DNA of 10,978 nt, taken from a virus. Its lineage: Duplodnaviria; Heunggongvirae; Uroviricota; Caudoviricetes. Both the position numbers and the translations under genes were made by a program. Positions within the stretch are counted from its first letter, which is position 1. Every line of letters begins with the position of its first letter. The notes under the pieces are model-generated. The model searched no databases, was not told the DNA's origin, and saw only the letters and a program-made list of their open reading frames with translations. Positions 1 through 7,092 of the stretch are shown here, piece by piece. The stretch lies in the IMG/VR virus record IMGVR_UViG_2639762982_000007. One strand, given 5' to 3'.

Positions 1-232
1 GTTCACCGAATACGTGCGCAACAACCGTCTTCCGGAGCCTGTCATACGCGTAAAACAGCCAGCGCTGGCGCGATTTAGCCCCGACATAGCCCCACTGTTC
101 GTCCATTTCCGCGCAGACGATGACGTCACTGCCCGGCTGTATGCGCGAGGTTACCGACTGCGGCCTGAGTTTTTTAAGTGACGTAAAATCGTGTTGAGGC
201 CAACGCCCATAATGCGGGCAGTTGCCCAGCAT
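1..232 (-). CDS. insB: IS1 InsB transposase frame, partial (made as InsAB' by -1 frameshift); runs off window start
   Basis: Reverse-strand translation of 1..60 gives [19 protein letters not shown], an internal InsB segment. The upper boundary of about 232 is inferred from IS1 architecture, not precisely determined. Confidence 0.65.
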   Translation of the reverse strand, partial: MLGNCPHYGRWPQHDFTSLKKLRPQSVTSRIQPGSDVIVCAEMDEQWGYVGAKSRQRWLFYAYDRLRKTVVAHVFGE

Positions 233-426
233 CCAACGCCATTCATGGCCATATCAATGATTTTCTGGTGCGTACCGGGTTGAGAAGCGGTGTAAGTGAA
301 CTGCAGTTGCCATGTTTTACGGCAGTGAGAGCAGAGATAGCGCTGATGTCCGGCGATGCTTTTGCCGTTACGCACCACCCCGTCAGTAGCTGAACAGGAG
401 GGACAGCTGATAGAAACAGAAGCCAC
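151..426 (-). CDS. insA: IS1 InsA transposition regulator (91 aa)
   Basis: ORF-track protein [40 protein letters not shown]... matches IS1 InsA. The start lies 55 nt inside the IS1 end, as expected. Confidence 0.9.
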   Translation of the reverse strand: MASVSISCPSCSATDGVVRNGKSIAGHQRYLCSHCRKTWQLQFTYTASQPGTHQKIIDMAMNGVGCWATARIMGVGLNTILRHLKNSGRSR

Positions 427-481
427 TGGAGCACCTCAAAAACACCATCATACACTAAATCAGTAAGTTGGCAGCATCACC

Positions 482-723
482 TGAATAGAAGTGGAAAAAG
501 AAAATCATCTATTGCAGGTAATTTTACTAAATTAGGTGAGGCAATTACCTCGAGTGGGCAGAGGGTTTTTGGTGGTGATCTATCAAATGTAAATTTTTAC
601 GGAACAAATACGATTTTTGATGGAGATACAATATTTTTAATTAAATCACCTGATTCAGAGGAGTGGTCATCACAAAAAGCTTCCAAAGACGTAGAGGGCA
701 TCGTATTTGGAGGGAAAAAATGA
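482..723 (+). pseudogene. 3' fragment of an unknown gene truncated by the IS1 insertion (80 codons, no start codon)
   Basis: Frame beginning at 481 is open for 80 codons (LNRSGKRKSSIAGNFTKLGEAITSSGQRVFGGDLSNVNFYGTNTIFDGDTIFLIKSPDSEEWSSQKASKDVEGIVFGGKK) up to TGA at 721..723. It contains no ATG/GTG/TTG and abuts the IS1 end. So long an open frame is unlikely by chance in AT-rich DNA. Confidence 0.4.
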
Positions 724-1148
724 TTAACATTACTACTAAGGATGGCACTCAAGTCAGTGGTGAAGTAAGAGATCTAGTAATTCTTCTTGAAACTGATGGA
801 AAAACGGTGTCTGATTATTTGCAGCCAATCCCTCCCAAAAAAGATACACACTGGAGCATGATTTTCATTCCGGTAGCAATTTATATACTACTTAATCTTG
901 TATACATTATTGCTCACCCATTATTTCCTGAAAAATATCTAAAAACATCAACATCTATATTTCTATTCATTTCCTTCATATTAAGTGCAATAGTAGCATA
1001 TTTTGTTTTCCATAAGCATAAATCTGCCACTCTATCCATATGCAGCTTAGTGTTCTTAGTGTTAATTGTAGGTGCTAACGTAGGGTTTATCAGTTACAGC
1101 GACCTAACACAAAAAGCGACGCAAAAATTAGATAGTTTGTCTAAATAA
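720..1148 (+). CDS. small predicted membrane protein (about 142 aa, three hydrophobic segments), unknown function
   Basis: ATG at 720 is preceded by GGAGGG (709..714) and overlaps the upstream stop in an ATGA (720..723). The protein MINITTKDG... has a hydrophilic N-terminal ~45 aa followed by three hydrophobic stretches. The ORF-track start at 663 is a GTG without a ribosome-binding site. Region is AT-rich. Confidence 0.5.
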   Translation: MINITTKDGTQVSGEVRDLVILLETDGKTVSDYLQPIPPKKDTHWSMIFIPVAIYILLNLVYIIAHPLFPEKYLKTSTSIFLFISFILSAIVAYFVFHKHKSATLSICSLVFLVLIVGANVGFISYSDLTQKATQKLDSLSK

Positions 1149-1226
1149 TTATGTTGCCATGCGAAGTATGCATGGCTGCATGTCTGCCTTCCATTTAAAA
1201 TGGGCTAAGACCTATAACCCTAAATA

Positions 1227-1940
1227 TTATTCTTTATTATCTTCTTTACCACTTCGCACCATCCCGTTCGACTTGTTGCGGTTGTACTTCGCCTGAAGCA
1301 GCTGGATTGGCGTCGGGCCATGCTCGGCAGCCGGTGCTGCAATCGCCCGGCGCACAGGCGGTACTGGTTTGCCCTCGGTGACGCGCCTCTCCCACATGTC
1401 CAGCAGATCGCCGGCTTCACGCGCCAGCTCACCATGCGTTAACTGGCGCTCTGTGCTGCGGTGGCGCAGTTCGACGCAGATGTGGTACATGACAGGCTGT
1501 GACCACGGGAAATGCTCGCTGGAAGTGAATTCGAAGGAACGATTACGCCAATCCCAGTATTCGGTTATGACTTGGTCAACAGTGATACCTAACGCCCCGC
1601 CACTCTGCTTACACCACGCTACGAACTGGCCGGGCGACGGCAGGAATGGTCGATTCTGCCGACGGGCTACGCGCATTCCAGCGTTAACCTGTTCCATTGT
1701 GGTGATCCCGTTTTCCCGGAAAGCCAGAACCCACTGGCGGCGAATTTCGTTCAGTTCGTTCTGGTCACGGTTAGCCAGGCTCGCAGGGAAAGTTGCCAGC
1801 AACTGGCTGAATACACCGTTGATGATCTGCGCTACCTGCTGTACCTGCGGCTTTTCGTCGTACTGTTCCGGCATGTTGTTGGCGATCCGGCGCATCTGCT
1901 CACGGTCAAAGTTAATCATCTGTGCGGCGATGTTTTTCAT
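1227..1940 (-). CDS. P: lambda P-family replication protein (helicase loader), divergent C-terminal half
   Basis: From the internal Met, MKNIAAQMINFDREQMRRIANNMPEQYDEKPQVQQVAQIINGVFSQLLATFPASLANRDQNELNEIRRQW... matches the lambda P N-terminus from memory. ATG at 1940 overlaps the O stop (ATGA). The ORF-track start at 2045 is an upstream extension overlapping O. Confidence 0.85.
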   Translation of the reverse strand: MKNIAAQMINFDREQMRRIANNMPEQYDEKPQVQQVAQIINGVFSQLLATFPASLANRDQNELNEIRRQWVLAFRENGITTMEQVNAGMRVARRQNRPFLPSPGQFVAWCKQSGGALGITVDQVITEYWDWRNRSFEFTSSEHFPWSQPVMYHICVELRHRSTERQLTHGELAREAGDLLDMWERRVTEGKPVPPVRRAIAAPAAEHGPTPIQLLQAKYNRNKSNGMVRSGKEDNKE

Positions 1941-2866
1941 AGATCCACCCCGTAAATCCAGTCTGTGTTTGTCAGGTCGAGTTTTGGTTTGCCGGCTGTC
2001 ACGCCAGCCTGTTGCTTGTTTCGGTTGATTTCGAGCTGGGTCCACTTGTCGCGGAGTTTGGCCGGACTCAGCACGTTACCGGACCAGAAGTTGTCCTGGC
2101 ATGCCCAGCGGAACAGTACACACATGTCGCGGTGGTTACGTCCGTCACGTTCACGCATCAGGCGGATATCGTTAGCCCACCCTGCAAAATTCGGTTTTCT
2201 GGCTGATGGCGCGATGGTCTTCACCATGTCAAACATCCACTCTGCGGCGGTCAGGTCTTCTGCTGTCCCCCACTTGCTGCCGCTCTGAATTGCAGCATCC
2301 GGTTTCACCACAGGAAGGGCATTTTCTGGCTGGTCAGAGGATTCGCCATAATTCTCGGACGAAAAAGGTTTTATATTGTCTTTTGTTAGTTTGTCTTTTG
2401 TGTTTACCTGATTCGGGTAAACGCCTTTACCTGATTTGGGTAAACTTTTCTTACCTGATTCAGGTAAATTTACCTCTTTCAGGTAAACTTTATTTTTCTT
2501 ACCTGATTCGGGTAATGTTGACCATTCACTGACCACATTATTAATGCCGATATTCCGCCCGCTCTGAATAAGAATCCCACGCTTTACCAGAACGCTTTTT
2601 GCAGCAGAACACTTGTGCGGCAATATCCCGGTCAATTCGGAAAGTTGCTCGTTGCTCACCCAATCCAGTCTTTTATTAAAGCCATATGTTTTGCGCATGA
2701 CAGCCAGGAAGACCAGAAGCTGGTGCTGTGTTAATCCGGCCAGCATCACAGCTTCCAGCAACTCATTTGCAATGCGCGTATAACCATCGTCGAGATCTGC
2801 CACGCGCGGCTCCTTTTGTGCCACATCCGGCACTGGAAAATTGAATATCTCAGCAGTGTTTGCCAT
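1937..2866 (-). CDS. O: lambda O-family replication initiator (ori-binding)
   Basis: From Met at 2866, MANTAEIFNF...VADLDDGYTRIANELLEA...RKTYGFNK...ESYGESSDQPENALPVVKPDAAIQSG resembles lambda O. A strong GGGAGG site lies 4 nt upstream. Iterons sit inside the gene, as in lambda. The track start at 2956 is a likely upstream extension. Confidence 0.85.
   Translation of the reverse strand: MANTAEIFNFPVPDVAQKEPRVADLDDGYTRIANELLEAVMLAGLTQHQLLVFLAVMRKTYGFNKRLDWVSNEQLSELTGILPHKCSAAKSVLVKRGILIQSGRNIGINNVVSEWSTLPESGKKNKVYLKEVNLPESGKKSLPKSGKGVYPNQVNTKDKLTKDNIKPFSSENYGESSDQPENALPVVKPDAAIQSGSKWGTAEDLTAAEWMFDMVKTIAPSARKPNFAGWANDIRLMRERDGRNHRDMCVLFRWACQDNFWSGNVLSPAKLRDKWTQLEINRNKQQAGVTAGKPKLDLTNTDWIYGVDL
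2404..2515. repeat. replication origin iterons: five ~17-bp direct repeats TTACCTGATTCGGGTAA (each an inverted pair TTACC-N7-GGTAA) inside O
   Basis: Copies at 2404..2420, 2427..2443, 2451..2467, 2470..2486 (degenerate) and 2499..2515. An adjacent AT-rich stretch with two TTGTCTTTTGT copies lies at 2368..2400. Layout parallels ori-lambda within O. Confidence 0.8.
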
Positions 2867-2952
2867 AATTCCTCCCGCAATGAGTGTGTTACGATTTGCA
2901 CCTGAAAGTCGGTTCTGTTCGCGCAGACCGGCTTTCGCCATTTCCGAACCTG

Positions 2953-3498
2953 TCATATTGCCCCCAGCATGGTGGTGACCATCGCCATCAGTGGACCAGC
3001 CAAATCCGGGTCCACACGAAACATCGACACAATGCCTTCACTCATCTCCTTCAGTTTCTGGTGGCGTGGTGCGTTGAGAATGACAGCCTGTTTTGCCTCA
3101 CTGAGTTCCTTTTCCATTTCAGCCAGCCGAGCCATGAAGCTATCCTGCTCAACCAGGTGGCCGCGATATTCCAGCGGTAGTACCGCCAGAATTGCCGGGG
3201 TCAATTCACGCACGTTATTTCGGTATTTTTCAGAATCGAATTTGTTATCGAGGAAGCGGAACAGCTTCTGGCGTGCACGGCTGACATCATCAGGGAAATC
3301 GATGGTGCCGCCGCCCTGCTCCCGATACTCATTCACAATGAGTGCGGCAACGACATCCTGATTATCTACAGCCGACCAGGCGCGGACGGCATCACGGATT
3401 TTTTCGTGGCCTGGAGCTTGTTTTGTTTGAGAACGATTTATCACCGCAGTCGGGCTAAATCCGCTAGTCTGTTGGTATGTAAGTGGTTGCATAGTCAT
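2953..3498 (-). CDS. YdaT-family protein, likely CII-analogous early regulator
   Basis: Lies between the cro-like gene and O in the rightward early operon. Motifs NEYREQGGG and LTPAILAVLP resemble Rac prophage YdaT as I recall it. Start may be the second ATG at 3492, which has better ribosome-binding-site spacing. Confidence 0.65.
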   Translation of the reverse strand: MTMQPLTYQQTSGFSPTAVINRSQTKQAPGHEKIRDAVRAWSAVDNQDVVAALIVNEYREQGGGTIDFPDDVSRARQKLFRFLDNKFDSEKYRNNVRELTPAILAVLPLEYRGHLVEQDSFMARLAEMEKELSEAKQAVILNAPRHQKLKEMSEGIVSMFRVDPDLAGPLMAMVTTMLGAI

Positions 3499-3522
3499 TG
3501 CCTTATCAGTTAACGCCGCAGT

Positions 3523-3750
3523 TTAGGCGGCAGAATTACTCGCGTTAAACAATGGTGCGAGGTCGGGACGAATATCTGCTGGTTTAATCTTTCCACCAGT
3601 GGCTGAGACAATTTTCATTACATAGCGGGCATCAATTCCGCCACCGTGTAGCCAACGCCAAACTGTGGGTTGGGCTACACCGCATAGATCTGCCAGTCGT
3701 TTTTGACTACCTGTAATACTGATTGCGAGTTGAATGGTTTGATTTGTCAT
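3523..3750 (-). CDS. Cro-like helix-turn-helix repressor (YdaS/Cro family, about 75 aa)
   Basis: Divergent from the repressor gene. Helix-turn-helix signature QKRLADLCGVAQPTVWRW. ATG at 3750 has a GGA site 7 nt upstream; the track start at 3756 is TTG. Confidence 0.75.
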   Translation of the reverse strand: MTNQTIQLAISITGSQKRLADLCGVAQPTVWRWLHGGGIDARYVMKIVSATGGKIKPADIRPDLAPLFNASNSAA

Positions 3751-3860
3751 TATCAATTCCTATTGGTATTGCAATGAATGAATAATAGCAATGAGTATTA
3801 ATCCAAGCAATAGCAAAACGTGTTTTGACCATCAATACGCAAGCGTATAAATTAAAACTT
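3751..3860. promoter_or_regulatory. OR-like divergent operator/promoter region (PR leftward, PRM rightward)
   Basis: Intergenic between the divergent cro-like and cI genes. AATAGCAA(T) motif at 3784..3792 and 3809..3816 (25-bp spacing). Candidate PR on minus strand: -35 TTGCTT (plus 3805..3810), 17-bp spacer, -10 TATTAT (plus 3782..3787). Candidate PRM on plus strand: -35 TTGACC 3825..3830, -10 near 3846..3852. Confidence 0.55.
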
Positions 3861-4553
3861 ATGAAAAAAGAAACTCTTGCTGATCGCTTAAATCTAGCGA
3901 TGGAACAATCTGGAATGTCTCAAGGCGCTCTTGCAAAGGCGTCTGGCGTAGCTCAACCCACAATCTGGAGACTGACAAGCGGCAACGCGCGCGGCTCAAC
4001 AAAAATTGTTGAAATAGCTAATGCATTGGGTGTTCGAACAGAATGGCTCTCTTCAGGCATAGGCCCGATGAGAAATGACGGTCAACAATCAGGGAAGCCT
4101 GCTGTCAGCCATTCCAAATACTTCAAAATTGACGTTCTTGATATAGAAGTCAGTGCCGGGCCGGGTGTAATCAACCGTGAGTTTGTAGAAGTTCTACGCT
4201 CGGTTGAATACTCGTTTGACGATGCTCGTCACATGTTCGATGGCAGGAAGGCGGAAAATATCCGCATCATTAACGTGCGTGGTGACAGCATGTCAGGAAC
4301 GATCGAACCAGGTGATCTGCTGTTCGTTGATATCACGGTTAAATCTTTCGACGGTGATGGTATCTATGCGTTTCTGTATGACGACACCGCCCATGTAAAA
4401 CGCCTGCAAATGATGAAGGATAAGCTGCTGGTTATCTCTGATAACAAGAGCTACTCACCGTGGGACCCGATCGAGAAAGACGAGATGAACCGCGTGTTCA
4501 TCTTCGGGAAAGTCATCGGGAGCATGCCGCAGACATATAGAAAGCATGGGTAG
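3861..4553 (+). CDS. cI: CI-type prophage repressor: N-terminal helix-turn-helix plus C-terminal LexA-like S24 autopeptidase (230 aa)
   Basis: Helix-turn-helix MSQGALAKASGVAQPTIWRL. S24 motifs GDSM (catalytic Ser) and HVKRL (Lys). The track start at 3825 is TTG; the first ATG is 3861 with no ribosome-binding site, consistent with a leaderless PRM transcript as in lambda. Confidence 0.85.
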   Translation: MKKETLADRLNLAMEQSGMSQGALAKASGVAQPTIWRLTSGNARGSTKIVEIANALGVRTEWLSSGIGPMRNDGQQSGKPAVSHSKYFKIDVLDIEVSAGPGVINREFVEVLRSVEYSFDDARHMFDGRKAENIRIINVRGDSMSGTIEPGDLLFVDITVKSFDGDGIYAFLYDDTAHVKRLQMMKDKLLVISDNKSYSPWDPIEKDEMNRVFIFGKVIGSMPQTYRKHG

Positions 4554-4682
4554 AAATCAGAACAAAATTATGCACTTCGCTTTTCAGCTTACTGTAGTAA
4601 GGCAATAAATTAGGCTTGACGTTAGCTATCAGGTGCACAACAATAATTGTTGAATAATAGGTTTTTTTAACTAGGTGATAAC

Positions 4683-5822
4683 ATGGCAGCGGTTGAATTT
4701 CAATTGTCTAGGAAGATGATTGATTGGATAGCAAATTCTCAAGGAGTTTCTATCGAAACTCTTGCTGACCAAGTCATGCCCAAAAAGATTAATAAATTTC
4801 TTAACGGAGTGGTAAGTAAATCCGCAGCAGAAAAACTGGCAAAAATTGGAGGAATCCCTTTCGGTTTTTTATTTCTTGAAACGCCACCAACTCCAGCCAA
4901 ACCCAAGATCCCTGACTTAAGGCAAGCTATAAATAGCCGTGAGTTAGGAAAAGATTTTTTTGATGTTTACTATGATATAGAATATAAACTTGAGTGGTAC
5001 AAAGACTATTTAAGAGAAAATGGTAATGATGATCCACTCGATTTTATTGGTAAATTTAAATTTAATAGAAAATTAAATTATAAGGTTGTTGCTACAGACA
5101 TAGCAAACACAATACATTTTGATATACAAAAAGAGATAAAAAATGTCACTTTTGAGAGCTATTTTTCTAAAGTGGCAAAACTAATAGAAGACACTGGCGT
5201 ATTAGTTTTCAAGAATGGTGTTGTGGGTAATAATAATAAAAGAAAACTTGACACGCGAGAGTTTCGTGGTTTCTGTATATCTGATAGCGTTGCTCCGATC
5301 ATTTTTGTAAATAGCTCGGACGCGTTATCTGCGCAGGTATTTACATTATTTCATGAGGTGGCTCATCTTTGGCTTGGAGTCGATGGAGTCTCTGGGTGGG
5401 ACACAGAAAAAAACATAGAATCTTTTTGTAATAAAGTTGCTGCTGAAATCTTAATGCCTGATAATCTCTTCAAATCTTTCTGGCTTAATGCATCCAGCGA
5501 TAATAATTATTATCGAGTAAAAGAGGTTTCTAAGTTATTTAAGGTTAGTGATTTCGCTTGTGCAATCAAAGCGTTACAATTAGATTTGATAGAAAGAAAC
5601 ACTTTGGAGATAATTAAAGATCAAGCTTACAATAAGCCCAAAAAAGAATCCAATGGTGGTTCTTTCTTTAACACATTACCTGTTCGTAACAGTCCAAAAC
5701 TTACGAATATAATAATTTCCAAAGCAATGTCTCAACAATTACCATTAAGGGAAGCAGGCGTACTGCTAAATGTAAAAGCAGATACAGTTGTTGAATTTTA
5801 TAAAAAACGAGAATCTCTATGA
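4683..5822 (+). CDS. ImmA/IrrE-family (M78, COG2856-type) zinc metallopeptidase with helix-turn-helix-like N-terminal domain (379 aa)
   Basis: HEXXH at residues 224..228 (FTLFHEVAHLWLG) followed by the family-typical downstream motif NKVAAEILMPDNLF. N-terminal ~70 aa helical and helix-turn-helix-like. AGGTGA ribosome-binding site 4 nt upstream. Markedly AT-rich relative to neighbours. Confidence 0.8.
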   Translation: MAAVEFQLSRKMIDWIANSQGVSIETLADQVMPKKINKFLNGVVSKSAAEKLAKIGGIPFGFLFLETPPTPAKPKIPDLRQAINSRELGKDFFDVYYDIEYKLEWYKDYLRENGNDDPLDFIGKFKFNRKLNYKVVATDIANTIHFDIQKEIKNVTFESYFSKVAKLIEDTGVLVFKNGVVGNNNKRKLDTREFRGFCISDSVAPIIFVNSSDALSAQVFTLFHEVAHLWLGVDGVSGWDTEKNIESFCNKVAAEILMPDNLFKSFWLNASSDNNYYRVKEVSKLFKVSDFACAIKALQLDLIERNTLEIIKDQAYNKPKKESNGGSFFNTLPVRNSPKLTNIIISKAMSQQLPLREAGVLLNVKADTVVEFYKKRESL

Positions 5823-6331
5823 TTCATAATGGAAAATTCTTAATTGATAGTAATGTCTTCATAGAGGCAAAAAACTTTGCATATAACTTCAATTATTGCA
5901 AAATATTTTGGGATTTTCTTCTCGCTTTACACATTAATGGTCTGATTTATAGCATTAATGCTGTAAAAAAAGAACTATGTGCAAAAGATGATCCATTGTG
6001 TAAATGGATTAAAGAAGAGTTACCATCATCATTCTTCGAAGATGAGCATAGTTCAATAGAAAATTATGCAAAGTTAATAAATTGGTCAACTAAATTAGAT
6101 GTTACCGAAAAGGCAAAGTTTGATTTTGCAAGCCATGAAAAAGCAGATGCTTTTTTAATAGCCCATGCGATGACACATGGATATACTATTATTACCCATG
6201 AGAAACCATCCGGTGGCAAACCTAAAAAAAGAATAATGATCCCGGATGCTGCTGCTTCTCACGGCGTTAAGACATTAACACTATATGAATTTCTTCCAAG
6301 ATACGCTAGTCATAATTTTTCTTTGAAATAA
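5819..6331 (+). CDS. PIN-like putative nuclease (DUF4411-like), 170 aa; candidate effector/toxin
   Basis: N-terminus FLIDSNVFIEAKNFAYNF...FWDFL has the PIN-type first strand with conserved acidic residue and resembles DUF4411 proteins as I recall them. Start overlaps the upstream stop (ATGA 5819..5822). Same AT-rich composition as the upstream gene. Confidence 0.65.
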   Translation: MIHNGKFLIDSNVFIEAKNFAYNFNYCKIFWDFLLALHINGLIYSINAVKKELCAKDDPLCKWIKEELPSSFFEDEHSSIENYAKLINWSTKLDVTEKAKFDFASHEKADAFLIAHAMTHGYTIITHEKPSGGKPKKRIMIPDAAASHGVKTLTLYEFLPRYASHNFSLK

Positions 6332-6336
6332 AACGT

Positions 6337-6363
6337 CCCGGCCACCGTGCCGGGTTTTCTTTT
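6337..6363 (+). terminator. intrinsic terminator ending the cI-module transcription unit
   Basis: GC-only 6-bp stem CCCGGC (6337..6342) / GCCGGG (6349..6354) with 6-nt loop, followed by TTTTCTTTT (6355..6363). Lies 6 nt after the stop of the PIN-like gene. Confidence 0.7.
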
Positions 6364-6485
6364 GCCTCCCCTCATCACACACACCGTTCAAAAAACCACC
6401 ACAACCCCGCTTCAGTTATCGCTATGCGATGCAAGTCACAAAATTAATTCTTTTTGCTATCAAATATTTAATATCAAAACACATC

Positions 6486-6532
6486 TAGCAATAGCAATAA
6501 GTATTGATATCATCAATAGCAATAGCTATTAT
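6486..6532 (+). promoter_or_regulatory. OL/PL-like operator-promoter for the leftward early operon (gam-bet-exo)
   Basis: -35 TTGATA 6504..6509, 17-bp spacer, -10 TATTAT 6527..6532. AATAGCAAT at 6490..6498 and 6515..6523 (same 25-bp spacing as OR). Palindrome AATAGCTATT at 6521..6530. Confidence 0.5.
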
Positions 6533-6725
6533 CACCATGTCGCAACAACACAACGATACGGCAATCACCTGATTCACCGTTGCGATGACCGCTTAGATCC
6601 GCAGCTTGAATTTCAGCAGGCTCCGGGGAGTGCGAGGGGTGAAGCGGACGCGTGAACGTCGGTGTGACCAGCTGAAATCAACTCAACACTTCATACCTCA
6701 GTCGCTTCAACGAGGCGGCTTAGTT

Positions 6726-7016
6726 ATGACAACCGGCGGCCATCCACCGCCTGAATACGCGCAGAAGTCTTTATATGTTCAGCAGCCCAGCTTACGGGCA
6801 GGAGTTTTTATGGTTCATCAACATTACGGAACGCAGACCGTTAATCGCGGTGCGGTCATGCCAGGAATGCTGGTCAAACACAAAGATGGTACCTGGACTG
6901 CATCAGCTAATTTACGCGGACGGCTTTATCTGCATCGCGGCATCGAGCGCACTTATACCCGTGATTTGCTCGTAGAAGTTTTTCTCGACGGACGCGGTAA
7001 CGGCCTGAATCACTAA
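6726..7016 (+). CDS. hypothetical protein, first ORF of the PL operon (96 aa from first ATG)
   Basis: ATG at 6726 with GAGG 10 nt upstream. The ORF-track version (6606..7016) starts at TTG and adds an Arg-rich N-terminal extension. No recognisable family. Confidence 0.3.
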   Translation: MTTGGHPPPEYAQKSLYVQQPSLRAGVFMVHQHYGTQTVNRGAVMPGMLVKHKDGTWTASANLRGRLYLHRGIERTYTRDLLVEVFLDGRGNGLNH

Positions 7017-7092
7017 CCCCTCTTTCCTGTTTTCCTAATCAGCCTGGCATTTCGCGGGCGATATTTTCACAGCCATTTTCAGGAGTTCAGCC

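Larger units (their letters stand above)
1..481 (-). mobile_element. IS1 insertion sequence, partial (continues beyond window start)
   Basis: insA ORF at 151..426 and the insB reading frame both on the minus strand. Reverse complement of the IS1 terminal inverted repeat (GGTGATGCTGCC...) ends at 481 (ggcagcatcacc at 470..481). Sequence matches IS1 as I remember it. Confidence 0.9.

Noticed and set aside
243-455. 70-aa minus-strand ORF inside IS1
   Set aside because: Alternate frame overlapping insA. IS1 encodes only insA and insB.
1369-2028. 219-aa plus-strand ORF
   Set aside because: Fully antisense to the well-supported P gene. No ribosome-binding site and a Cys/Arg/Ser-rich composition typical of antisense translation of a GC-rich gene.
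2404-2515. Short direct repeats that might be taken for a CRISPR array
   Set aside because: Repeats are 17 bp with only 2 to 12 bp between them, lie inside the O coding sequence and are themselves palindromic. This fits replication iterons, not CRISPR repeats and spacers.
1965-2532. Plus-strand ORFs of 107, 64 and 108 aa (1965..2288, 2012..2206, 2206..2532)
   Set aside because: All antisense to O. The last one merely reads through the iteron repeats.
2884-3361. Plus-strand ORFs of 98 and 130 aa
   Set aside because: Antisense to the YdaT-like and O genes, with no ribosome-binding site. The minus-strand genes have clear homology and operon logic.
3825-3860. Upstream TTG start for cI given by the ORF track
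   Set aside because: TTG without a ribosome-binding site. The first ATG (3861) lies just downstream of a candidate -10, fitting a leaderless cI as in lambda. The 12 extra residues are not helix-turn-helix-like.
4204-4398. 64-aa ORF inside cI
   Set aside because: Alternate frame within the repressor gene.
4588-4602. Hairpin CTTAC-TGTA-GTAAG after cI as a possible terminator
   Set aside because: Only a 5-bp AT-rich stem and no downstream U-tract. Read-through from cI into the module is more likely.
6347-6655. 102-aa ORF
   Set aside because: Starts inside the terminator hairpin and runs through the operator/promoter repeats. Low-complexity translation with no ribosome-binding site.
6602-6720. 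Candidate nutL (boxA/boxB) downstream of PL
   Set aside because: Only weak resemblance (TCGCTTCAA versus the boxA consensus) and no clean short hairpin with a purine-rich loop. Not reported as a feature.
6775-6975. 66-aa ORF
   Set aside because: Alternate frame nested in the 6726..7016 ORF.
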